Part shown: piece after piece, positions 24,605 through 36,589 of the stretch
How the letters are laid out: every line of letters starts with the position of its first letter
How positions within the stretch are numbered: the first letter of the stretch is position 1
NCBI GenBank assembly: GCA_964016885.1
Contig: OZ024743.1
Coordinates: 371,256,001-371,320,000, forward strand
DNA: 64,000 nt
Direction of reading: 5' to 3'
From: Eledone cirrhosa
Taxonomy: Eukaryota
Made by a program: the position numbers and the translations under genes
The notes under the pieces: model-generated
What the model was told of the DNA's origin: nothing
The model's input: only the letters and a program-made list of their open reading frames with translations
Databases searched by the model: none

Positions 24605-27600
24605 GCTAACTCCCAACATCCCTCCCTCCCGCCCCCACGCACCACCATTATTACGTGGACCAATCATAAGTCAGAGGCCCATACTATCGCTTAACTGGTT
24701 GCTTTTCGATATGATGGATGGACTACGGAATTCTGGAGAGTTGAAGAGCGAAAAATCTGGACGCCCAGCGACAATGCCAAAGATAAAGACAAATTCACCT
24801 CGTGGACGAGAATGCAAGCACTCCTCCTTGTTTCGGCCGAGGATGGCTAACATAACCCCATCCCCCGCGCCCCACCGCTCCCACCCTCCAAACGCAATCC
24901 AAAACTTCAGAGTTGGTACCATGAATGTAGGCACCTTAAAGGGTCGCTCTAACGAGGTTGTAGAGATGCTTGAACGTAAGGAGGTCGATGTTTGTTGTAT
25001 TCAAGAGACCAGGTGGAGGGGTGGGTCTGCTAGATTCATCGTGGGTAAAGAACGATGCTATAAGCTTTTCTGGGTGGGAAATGACAATGGGCTGGGTGGG
25101 GTAGGAATCATGGTAGCAGAAAAGTGGGCAGATAAGATAATAGACGTAAATAGAGTGAACGACAGAATAATTAAAATAAGACTTGTCCTCAATAAAACTA
25201 CGGTGACAGTAATATCTGCGTACGCACCCCAATCCGGACTGCCCGGCGCTATAAAAGACAGATTCTATGAGACACTGATGCTCGCTACCTCCCAAATAAC
25301 CGACAGTGACTATATAATTATTGCAGGCGACCTAAATGGTCACGTTGGACAACATTGTGACGGCTATGACGAAATCCATGGAGGCTATGGGTTCGGTACT
25401 AGAAATGAGGAAGGCTCCAGAATCCTGGAATTCTGTGACGCAAATAACCTAACTATCTGTAACACTAACTTCAAAAAACGAGACAATCACTTGATCACCT
25501 ATAGATCGGGGGAACACACAAGCCAGGTAGATTATATCCTTACCAGAAGACGTGACAGAGTGTCTGTTGTTAACACTAAATCCCTCCCCCATGAAGAATG
25601 CACCTCCCAACATAGACTGATAATTAGCGACCTCATAGTCAGGACGAGACGTACTAGACAGCAGAAGAGGACTATCCTCAGGAGAAAAATATGGAAGCTA
25701 AAGGACCCCATAGCCAGAAATAAATTTCAAAGCATATTACTTGATGCTTTCGACAGTAAGGAAGAGCAATTAGAGTCGTATAATATAGAGGAACAGTGGG
25801 AATTCCTGAAAGCAAACCTGCTGACGGCGGCAGAAGAAGTCTGTGGCTGGAGCACGCCTGTAGGTAGGAGGAGAGTAACATGGTGGTGGAACAGTAAGGT
25901 GGAGGAGTCAATTAAGGCCAAAAAGCAGGCTTGGAAAGTATGGCGGGATGGGGGAAGTAGAGAAGACTATCAAGTGGCCAGGAGGGAAGCTAGGAGACAA
26001 GTGTACTTCGCAAGAAGGGAAGCAGAGGAAAGAAAGTTCAAGCATGTTCTACAACGTGAGGACCAAAAACGTGTGGTGTTCAGGATTGCTAGGCAATGTG
26101 TCAAGGAAAACCGTGATATTGTCGGGGAGAAGTGTGTACTTAATGATGATGGCATACTTGCCATCACTGACGCTGATAAGAAGGTAGCTTGGAAGTGTCA
26201 CTACGAAAGGCTTCTAAATGAGGAGAACAAATGGGAGAAAGACAGTCTCCCCCACATCGACCCAATAGAGGGACCAGCAGTGTTAGTCGAAGGTAGTATA
26301 ATAAATAAGGCAATCAAAGATATGAAGACGGGTTAGTCGGCTGGGCCTTCGGAAATAGTTGCTGAGATGCTGAAAGCCTCTGGAACGGTGGGACACACCA
26401 TGGTCACCCGGATAGTAAACCAAGTCATACAGAATGGGGTTGTTCCGAAGGACTGGCATAGCAGCATCATCATTAACTGTTACAAGGGTAAAGGAGATGC
26501 CCTAGATAGGTGTAACTATAGAGGCATTAAATTAATCGACCAGGTCATGAAGGTCACGGAAAAAGTAATAGCGCAACTAATCAGAGAGAGAATTGATCTA
26601 GATGAAATGCAGTTCGGGTTTGTGTCAGGCAAAAGTACCACAGACGCTCTTTTCATTGTACGACAACTACAGGAGAAGTACCTAGCTAAAAGTAAACCCC
26701 TATACTTAGCTTTTGTTGACTTGGAGAAAGCCTTCGACAGAGTCCCCCATTCCATTATCTGGTGGGCTCTTAGAAAACTAGGTGTTGACGAATGGCTTGT
26801 GAGAGCTATACAAGCCATGTATAAAGAAACAGTCAGCAAGGTTAGAATTAACAACGAATATAGTGAAGAGTTTAGCGTAAAAGTTGGTGTCCATCAGGGC
26901 TCTGTTCTTAGCCCCCTACTATTTATTATTGCCCTTCAGGCTATAACAGAGGAGTTCAAGACCGGCTGCCCATGGGAACTCCTATACGCAGATGATCTAA
27001 CGCTCATAGCTGAATCAATGACCGAACTAGAGAAGAAATTCCAAACATGGAAGCACGGCCTAGAATCAAAAGGCCTTAAAATTAACCTGGCTAAGACTAA
27101 AGTTCTAGTTTGTAGGAAAGAAAATAAGGCGGCGGTCCCTTCCGGGAAATGGCCATGCTCACTGTGTAGGAAAGGCATAGGTAGAAACTCCATTTTATGT
27201 CCCAAATGCAAAGTATGGGTGCATAAAAGATGTAGTGGGATCACAGGTAAGCTAAGAACATAGATTTTACATGTGGCCGGTGCTCTGGTGCAATAAGTAG
27301 CAGCAAGTGCCCACAAAATACTAGCTCTTTCAATTGTGCAGAGGGTTCTATAGAAATAGTGGACAGCTTCCATTACCTGGGTGACAAAATCAGCAGTGGG
27401 GGAGGGTGCTCTGAAAGTACAGTAGCTAGAGTCAGAACTGGATGGAAAAAGTTCAGAGAGCTTATACCACTATTAGCCGCTAAAGGGTTCTCCCTAAAAA
27501 TGAAAGGCAGGTTATACGATGCCTGCATACAAACAGCAATGCTGCATGGCAGTGAGACCTGGGCATTGTGTGCAGAGGATATACGCAGACTAGAGAGGAA

Positions 27601-28423
27601 CGAAGCTTGCATGCTCCGCTGGATGTGCAATAGTAATATACGTGAACGGCTAAGCATAAACGAACTAAGGAAAAAATTAGAAATAAGAGGGATCAGATGT
27701 TGTTTACTCGAGAGAAGGCTACGTTGGCACGGTCACGTGATGCGCATGAAGGACGACAGCTGTATAACAAAGTGCAGGGCAATAAAGATAGACGGTAGCC
27801 ACGGAGTAGGCAGACCCAGAAAAACCTGGGACGACATGATAAATTCCGACCTCACACGCTTACACCTCTCCAAGACAATGTCACTGGACCGAGACCTTTG
27901 GCGGTACTCAGTAATAGAGAAGACCCGCCTTACCTAAATACAAAGTAAACCCTACTACAGTCAGTAGGCATCACTATCAAAACACCCCCCGTCCCCCCAC
28001 CCCATCCACACCGCCCCTTTCAATGTAAAGTTATGTTGGTGCCACAACATCCAGGCCAAAACAAATGAGATCATGTAGGTGTCACGACAAAAAAGACACA
28101 GTCCACGCTGTAAATGTGGCCGTGTAGGCAACACGGTAAAAACCTCCCAGCCCCACACTGTAAATTTGGTTGGTGTTAGGAAGGGCATCCAGCTGTAGAA
28201 AACCCGCCAGATAGTCCACGCTGTAATGTGGCCGTGTAGGCAACACGGTAAAAACCTCCCAGACCCACACTGTAAATGTGGTTGGTGTTAGGAAGGGCAT
28301 CCAGCTGTAGAAAACCCGCCAGACAGTCCTATGCGAGCAAGACAACCACTCTTGCCTCAAGTGGGAAAACCCCCGTCCAAACCTATGCAAGCGTGGAACA
28401 CGGACGCTAAACCTTGATGATGA
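24605..28423 (+). mobile_element. RTE family C LINE, apparently full-length (APE-RT-PHD), one premature stop and one 4-bp frameshift
   Basis: ORFs 24699-26336, 26367-27263, 27359-27937; repeat-containing 3' UTR; (TGA)n tail. Confidence 0.95.
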
Positions 28424-28634
28424 TATATATATATATATATTTTTTTTTTTTTGTACTAAGTATATACTTTCTACTAAGAGTGAGAAATGAAAATTTGTTT
28501 CATTTTTTCCATTTATCGTTTTCGGTGTGCTCGACCGATTAACTCACTCGATATGTAAATTAGGCTGCTCAGCCGTTAATATGCATAAGGAAAGTATATA
28601 TTTTCAGACGTTCAATCATCTGGCAGGAAGGTAT

Positions 28635-28677
28635 ACGTTGCTGACGATAGCTAATAAGCTTGAAACTAGTACAGCGT
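28635..28677 (+). ncRNA. Minimal type I hammerhead ribozyme
   Basis: ACGTTG-CTGACGA-TAGCT/AGCTT-GAAA-CTAG-TA-CAGCGT; GUA site. Confidence 0.8.
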
Positions 28678-28932
28678 TCCTTTGTCAGTGTTGAACAAAT
28701 GAGCAACGATGGTTGCTAGACACTGTACGGCTTAATACGGGATGTTTGTTTACAAACACACCAAGCATTATAATAAATGTTCGGTGAATCCATACGTACA
28801 TATATGTATGTGTGCATGTATGTATATATATATACATATTACTGTACGTCTGTATACATATATGTATGTATGTATACATACTTATATTTAAGTAACAGCC
28901 GTACTAAGAGTGAGAAATTTCATTTTTTCAAC

Positions 28933-29259
28933 ACGGCTTAGTCGTTAGAGCATTGGCTTTGCAATCCAAAGGTTGTGAGTTCAATTCTTAGGCGGGTGAT
29001 GTGTTGTTTCCTTGAGCAAGACACTTTATTTCACATTGCTCCAGTTTACTCAGCTGTAGAAATGAGATGACAGGGACTGGGGTCTCTATCATTCCACTGC
29101 AAAGTGGTCGTGGAGGTGCCACGGCAAAAAAGCACCCAGCACTCACTGTAAATGAGGTTGGTGTTAGGAAGGGCATCCAGCTGTAGAAATCAAGCCAGAA
29201 TCAGTTCCCGTCCCACCCTTGCAAGCAGGGAAAAGCGGACGTAAAATGATGATGATGAT
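28933..29259 (+). mobile_element. tRNA-derived SINE with RTE-derived tail
   Basis: A box GGCTTAGTCGTT, B box GAGTTCAATTC, CCTTGAGCAAGACAC central domain, RTE 3' stem-loop and (TGA)n; second copy 47153-47492. Confidence 0.85.
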
Positions 29260-29314
29260 ATATATACATATATATAGATATATACATATAGAATATATAT
29301 ATATATATATATAT

Positions 29315-30510
29315 GAAAGAGTTAAACAAGATTCAATGAGTATATCAAAGAATGAGTTTTACAGTAGATTGGAAGCACTCTACGGGAAATAATTTTGTAG
29401 AGTTATTAATATTAAAATACAAATATAAAATAGATGTTCTTTTGATCAATTACATTTTATTATACATATTTTGGATGTACAACAGTACATCCTCATCAGA
29501 CAAAATATAATGATACATGACATACCCTGAGATGTTAAATGGTTAAGATTTAATCAAGGTAGTGATTAACCTAAGAGAAAATTTAACATTTATACCCTAA
29601 TAATGAGAAAATGCGAAAATAAATTCAATAGAGAATGTGTGAGTAAGAAAAACGTTGCTTAATGTAACAGTTATAGAGATTTTAAAATGTATGATACTAC
29701 AATTTATGTTTATCTAGGAAAACATCTCATGAATTATAACAGTCAATGAGAGCCACTGGAATAGGATTTATAGAGAGGGAAAGATAAGGGGGGTAATATA
29801 TGCAGAAGGAGTTTTTCCAAAAGTTAAACGGTTAAGTTTGAAAATATTTAATTTATGCTATTTTAGGGTGAAGAATCAAGATTTTAGGTTTTTTTTTAAA
29901 TTGCTGGTTATTTATATTTATTAGTTTTGTAAATTCTATAAGTGTGTTAACATTTCTAAACTTCTGAATTTTATCAGGATAACATTTAAAGGATTTAGCT
30001 GGCCAGCGGAAAGGAAAGTTTACACTGTTGAATATTTTCCTAAATGTAAACTTTAACAAAGATAATCAATGTCAATATATTCGGTATGTAAAGCTTATGA
30101 AGTACTTATTGTTAGAAATATTTAAATAACAATTATGTATATATATATATATATATTAATGAGCCAGTATATTTTAGGTAAATGATAACGAAAATAAAAA
30201 TAAAATAATAGATTGAGGCATGCTAAAGTTAAATATATACCTATATATAACAGGGTGTAAATGCATTAATTAGTCATAGTTCAAAATAAATAATAATCAA
30301 GAAATTTAGAAGTTAACTAAAAATTATGTATAGAAAGATACAGGGAGGTATATATGGATATATATTAGGTATTAGTGATACAGTATACTTTAGGTAAATG
30401 ATAACGGTTATAATTTTATATAATAAAGTTCAACGTGTTACAGTTAAATACATATATATAAGAAAAACAATAATAAATGCATGGATAATTCAGAGTTCAT
30501 AATAAGGTCT
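29315..30510 (-). mobile_element. PLE pLTR/3' region
   Basis: homology to 19590-19918; hammerhead at 29455. Confidence 0.65.
29455..29505 (-). ncRNA. Minimal hammerhead, degenerate (GAAA to AAAA)
   Basis: minus strand TTTTGT-CTGATGA-GGATGTAC/GTACATCC-AAAA-TATGTA-TA-ATAAAA. Confidence 0.65.
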
Positions 30511-30537
30511 ATAATAATTTATAGTTTGTATAGTTTG

Positions 30538-31995
30538 CATTGCCATGTAGCATTGCTGTTCGTATACAGGCATCATACAATCTGCCTTTCATTTTTAGAG
30601 AGAAACCTTTTGTGGCCAACAGCGGTATAAGTTCTCTGAATGTTTTCCATCCCATTCTGACTCTGGCTACTGTACTTTCAGAACACCCTCCACCACTACT
30701 GATTTCGTCAACCAGGAAACGGAAAGTGTCTACTATTTCTATAGAACCATCTGGGCAATAGAAGGAGCTAGTATCCTTTGGACATTTGCTACTTATTGCA
30801 CCTGAGCATTGGCCACATATAAAGTCTACGTTCTTAGATAGTTTACCTGTGATCCCACTACATCTTTTATGTACCCATACTTTGCATTTGGAACATAAAA
30901 TGGAGTTTCTGCCTACTCCTTTCCTACACACTGAGCATGGCCATTTCCCTGAGGGCACCTGTGCCCTATTTTCCTTTCTACAAACTAGAACTTTAGTCTT
31001 AGACAAGTTAACTTTAAGGCCTTTTCATTCTAGGCCATTCTTCCATGTTTCGAATTTCTTCTCTAATTCAGCCATTGATTCAGCTATGAGCATTAGATCA
31101 TCTGCGTATAGGAGTTCCCATGGGCAGCCGGTCTTGAACTCCTCTGTTATAGCCTGAAGGGCAATAATAAATAAGCGGGGGCTAAGGACAGAGCCTTGAT
31201 GAATGCCAACTTTTACACTAAATTCTTCACAATATTCATTGTTAATTCTAACCTTACTGACTGTTTCATTATACATAGCTTGTATAGCTCTCACAAGCCA
31301 TTCATCTACAGCTAGTTTTCTAAGAGCCCCCCAGATAATGTAGCGGGGGATTCTGTCAAAAGCTTTCTCCAGGTCGACAAAAGCTAAGTAGAGGGGTTTA
31401 CTTTCAGCTAGGTACTTCTCTTGTAGTTGTTGTACAAGGAAAAGAGCGTCTGTGGTACTTTTACCTGACACAAACCCAAACTGTATTTCATCTAGATCAA
31501 TTCGCTCTCTGATTAGTTGCGCGATAACTCTTTCTGTGACCTCTATAGTTTCCCCTATCTAGAGCATCCCCTTTACCCTTGTAGCAGTTAATGATGATGC
31601 TGCTACGCCAGTCTTTCGGTATGACCCCATTCTGTATTACTTGGTTAACTATACGGGTGACCATAGTGTGTCCCACCATACCAGATGCCTTCAACATCTC
31701 GGCAACTATCTCCGAAGGCCCAGCTGCCTTGCCTGTCTTCATATCTTTGATTGCCTTACTTATTATACTACCTTTGACTTGCACCGCTGGTCCTTCTATT
31801 GGATCAATTTGGGGCAGACTATCTTTTTCCCATTTATTCTCCTCATTTAATAGTCTATCGTAGTGACACTTCCAAGCTACCTCCTTATCAGCATCAGTGA
31901 GAGCAAGTACACCATTATCATTAGGGACACACTTCTCCCCGACAATATCACAGTTTTCCTTGACACATTGTCTAGCAATCCAGAACACCTCACAT
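30538..31995 (-). mobile_element. RTE family C-related fragment (RT+PHD)
   Basis: ORFs 32207-31497, 31471-31025, 31006-30509. Confidence 0.9.
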
Positions 31996-32152
31996 TTAAT
32001 ATATATATTATATATATATATAGAGAGAGAGAATATATATATATAGAATATATATATTTTTTCATTTTCATTTTTCATTCTATATATATATATAGAATAA
32101 TAGAATATATATATATAGAATATATATATATATATAATATATATATATATAG

Positions 32153-32179
<27 letters not shown>

Positions 32180-32183
<4 letters not shown>

Positions 32184-33722
32184 GAGGTGAGTTTTATTGT
32201 AGTACAATAAAGCACTCTACAGTTTGTAGGACTGGAGTATACATAATATATAAGATCAAAAGATGGTTAAAAGAGTTCCATGTATTTTATTATGCGCATT
32301 TCAAAAACAAATTCACCTATTTTGGCTCCACTTCCACCTCCTTTAAAGCTCGTCTTTATAATCATCATTCGTCTTTTAAATACCAACTTAAAAGAACCAA
32401 CACGGCACTCTCAGAACTCATATGGTCCTTGAAAGACAAAAATATTAAATATAACATCTCTTGGAAAAAGGTTTCTTCTGCTTCTCCATACTTGAACAGT
32501 TCTCGATCCAAGACTTGCAATCTCTGTTTAAATGAAAAATTTACCATTATATCTAATTTAGATTCTATAATAAATAGACGCACTGACTTGTTTTCTCTCT
32601 GCTTGCATAAATTCCACAGAACATTCCATAAAGTATACAGCTAATATCTAATACTTTATCAATTTAAAATCCGTTTCTCAAAGGCACATATATATATATA
32701 TATACTTCTTTAAAAATATACCCATCCTTCTACCTTATTTCAAAGTTATTTATTATACATTATATAATACTAGTTACTCATTCTATATCACTCCTATTTA
32801 TCACTTCCCTTTCTTCCTTTTCCTTTCCTTTTTCTTTTAATTTCTAACCCCTAATCTGTACCTTTTCTCATTGTGCCTAACATAGAAACAATTATTACAC
32901 AGTACAATATATTCATACTTTATATCACCTTGAAAAAATCCTTCGTAAACATAAACATTTTTTTGACGTTAGATTATTCATCCTCAATTCATTATTTTTT
33001 TCTCCCTTTCATGCTCATCTAATATATCCTTACTTACATTACTATTGTTTTTTTAATAATACATATCAACATTTTATTTCCATCGCACATATTATTAAAC
33101 TCTTAAATATTATTCTTAATACATATTAACATTTTCTTTCCATCGCACATATTATTAAACCCTTAAATATTATTCTTAATACATATTAACATTTTCTTTC
33201 CATCGCACATATTATTAAACCCTTAAATATTATTCTTAATACATATTAACAATTTCTTTTCATCGCACATATACAAACCTTAAGTTAACATTATTTTTCT
33301 CTTCATTAATTTTCAAATTCTTTTAATTTATATATTATCTTCCAACGGTTTTTCAACCTCTCTATGTAAAACAATATATTTTTCTCAGTTATAAAAGCTA
33401 TCTCTCTCTCTATATCACCCATCTCTCCTCTCATCCTTCCTCATTATACTCCTCCCCCTCCACTTTTTACTCTCATCTCCTCTTTTTCATCCTTTCCAAC
33501 CCAACCCAACCCCCCCCTCAAAATTTTTTTTCCCAATATCACACAGCAATCTAAAACTACTTTTCATATGTTGATTTAAAACTGCACTATTCACAAGTGT
33601 TTTTTAACCTTCATATCATGTCTTCCTATTTTATCTGATGAAAACACAAATGTTATTGCATGATATTTGTTTTTGAAATGCGCATAATAAAATACATGGA
33701 ACTCTTTTAACTATCTTTTGAT

Positions 33723-33724
<2 letters not shown>
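32180..33724 (+). mobile_element. 5'-truncated PLE (GIY-YIG C-terminus and 3' region) with inverted pLTR piece at 32180-32312
   Basis: FGSTSTSFKARLYNH...CNLCLNEK...LCLHKFH; three ~60-bp tandem repeats at 33060-33270; hammerhead at 33629. Confidence 0.88.
33629..33692 (+). ncRNA. Type I hammerhead ribozyme, palindromic stem III
   Basis: TTTTAT-CTGATGA-AAACACAAATGTTA/TGATATTTGTTTTT-GAAA-TGCGCA-TA-ATAAAA. Confidence 0.85.
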
Positions 33725-33796
<72 letters not shown>

Positions 33797-33798
<2 letters not shown>

Positions 33799-36105
33799 AT
33801 CAAAAGATAGTTAAAAGAGTTCCATGTATTTTATTATGCGCATTTCAAAAACAAATATCATCATGCAATAACATTTGCGTTTTCGTCAGATAAAATAGGG
33901 AGACATGATATGAAGGTTAAAACACACTTGTGAATAGTGCAGTTTTAAATCAACATATGAAAAGTAGTTTTAGATTGATGTGTGATATGGGGGGGGGGGG
34001 TGTTGAGCGGGGGTGGAAAGGATGAAAAAGAGGAGGAGATGAGAGTAAAAAGTGGAGGGTGAGGAGTATAATGAGGAAGGATGGGATAGGAGGAGAGACG
34101 GGTGATAGAGAGAGAGAGATAGCTTTTATAACTGAGAAAAATATATTGTTTTACATAGAGAGGGTGAAAAACCGTTGGAAGATAATATATAAATTAAAAG
34201 AATTTGAAAATTAATGAAGAGAAAAATTTAGAATAATGTTAAGTTAAGGTGTGTATATTTAAGGGTTTAATAATATGTACGATGAAAAGAAATTGTTAAT
34301 ATGTATTAAGAATAATATTTAAGGGTTTAATAATATGTGCGATGGAAAGAAATTGTTAATATGTATTAAGAATAATATTTAAGGGTTTAATAATATGTGC
34401 GATGGAAAGAAATTGTTGATATGTATTATTAAAAAAAATATAAAAATATAGCAATAGTAATGTAAGTAAGGATATATTGTGAAAGAAGTAGAAGATTGGA
34501 TGAATAAGTCTAATATGTATAAGTTAGATGAGCATGAAAGGGAGAAAAAAAATAATGAATTGAGGATGAATAATCTAAACTCAAAAAAATGTTTATGTTT
34601 ACGAAGGATTTTTTTCAAGGTGATATAAGGGAAGAATATATTGTGCTGTGTAATAATTGTTTCTACGTTAGGCACAATGATAATTCAGAAGTATCTAGGA
34701 AGAAAAGGTACAGATTAGGGGTTAGAAATTAAAAGAAAAAGAAAAAAAGAAAAGAAAAAAGGAAAAAGAAAGAAAGGGAAGTGATAAATAGGAGTGATAT
34801 AGAATGAGTTACTAGTATTATATAATGTATAATAAATAACATTGAAATAAGGTAGAAAGATGGGTACATTTTTAAAGAAATATATATGTATATATATATG
34901 TTCCTTTGAGAAAAGGATTTTAAATTGATAAAGTATTAGATATTAGCTGTATACTTTATGGAATGTTCTGTGGAATTTATGCAAGCAGAGAGAAAACAAG
35001 TCAGTGCGTCTATTTGTTATAGAATCTAAATTAGATATAATGGTAAATTTTTCACATAAACAGAGATTGCATGTCTTGGATAGAGAACTGTTCAAGTATG
35101 GAGAAGCAGAACAAACCTTCTTCCAAGAGATGTTATAGTTAATATTTTTGTCTTTCAAGGACCATATGAGTTCTGAGAGTGCCGTGTTGGTGCTTTTAAG
35201 TTGATATTTAAAAGACGAATGATGATTATAAAGACGAGCTTTAAAGGAGGTGGAAGTGGAGCCAAAATAGGTAAAGGAATTGGTGTCAGTTATAACTTTA
35301 CATTCGTAGATTAATTTTTTTTCAAGACAATGGTTGTTGAGAGGACATTTATTTTTAACAGGGCAATTGCAATTGCTATTAGAGAAATTAACAGAGTTAT
35401 TAACAAGTGACCTAGTGTTATCTATAGAAGGGATTGGATTGGAGAAGTTATTTACGATAGGAATAATAGTTTCTTGATTTAGAATGTGATTAAGAACATT
35501 TAGCGAAGTTGCGTTTGACGTTGTATTTGGGTTTTCAGAAATTAGCCTAGAGTTAACAATGACGTTGGGAGTACTATTACTATTATTATGATATTCAGTG
35601 TTGGAAGGAAGAGATTTAGTATTTAGTATTTTATTATTGTGTTTATAGATAATGTTGGAGATGTTGGAGGAGGTCGAATAGGAAAATTTTATAGCGTGTT
35701 TGTTAAATATTTTACTATAGATATGTGAGGGAGGAAAGCATTTATTTAAGGCACTAAAGAATGATTTAGGAATATTATTATTAATAGAGATGGAGAAAGG
35801 AGCATTATACCAGATTATGTTTTTGTCTCTAGGTCTTTTATTAAAGTTATTGGAATGATCATGATTAATTATTCTACTGTAAGATCTTCTAGAATTTGTT
35901 TCATTACTATATTTGATTTTATCAGGATAACCGGCTTTAGAAAGTGCGTTATTATAGTAATTGGCGTTAGCATCAAAGATGTTTTTATTAGAAGATAGGT
36001 TAGATATTCTTTTTCCAATATTACTAACTATAGCATTCTTAATATTAGTGGGGTGGTTAGATTTAAAATTAACATAATTTAGGTTCTCATTGTTTTTATG
36101 GTACG
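33797..36105 (-). mobile_element. PLE, 5'-truncated: RT thumb, N-rich linker, GIY-YIG, 3' region
   Basis: ORF 36136-34943 (PYHK..NYVNFKSNHP, IWYNAPFS, CNCPVKNKCPLNNHC, IYEC..YFGST). Confidence 0.92.
33829..33895 (-). ncRNA. Type I hammerhead ribozyme
   Basis: minus strand TTTTAT-CTGACGA-stem II-GAAA-TGCGCA-TA-ATAAAA. Confidence 0.85.
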
Positions 36106-36589
36106 GGGGTGTCCCCATATCATTTTTACGTTCCATATTTTGATATGGTTTTTATGGGTAGATGCCCTTCCTAATTTATAGAGTGTGCAAGGTGCATGTT
36201 ATCATTACAATTATATATACATATAGCAGGGAAGATAGGCATTAAATGTTGGTGTTAGTGAAGTTTGTGTATTGGTTGAACTAAAAACCTTGCTGTCAGA
36301 ACTACAAACACTGCACATATTTTTGTTTTCAGTCTATGATTAATTGGTTAATAATGAGAGAACAGCTAGCTCTAAAAATAAAGGGAGAGAAAAATTTCTG
36401 GTGGAAAAATTTATCAACAAAATAGTGTTTCACTTGATATACATAAGATTGCTGGTAAAATATTCATCCTTAACCTGTTGCCAGCCTCAGCTGACTTTTA
36501 GGAATATCGCAAGTTTTATCAGATATCCATATCTTTATTTTTAACAGCTACTTGGTACCCAAATTTCTATAAAGTTATCATCTTTTTCG

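Noticed and set aside
29103-29165. Resemblance of the UTR module to pistol or twister ribozymes
   Set aside because: Order of paired segments and catalytic residues do not match; kept only as a pseudoknot hypothesis
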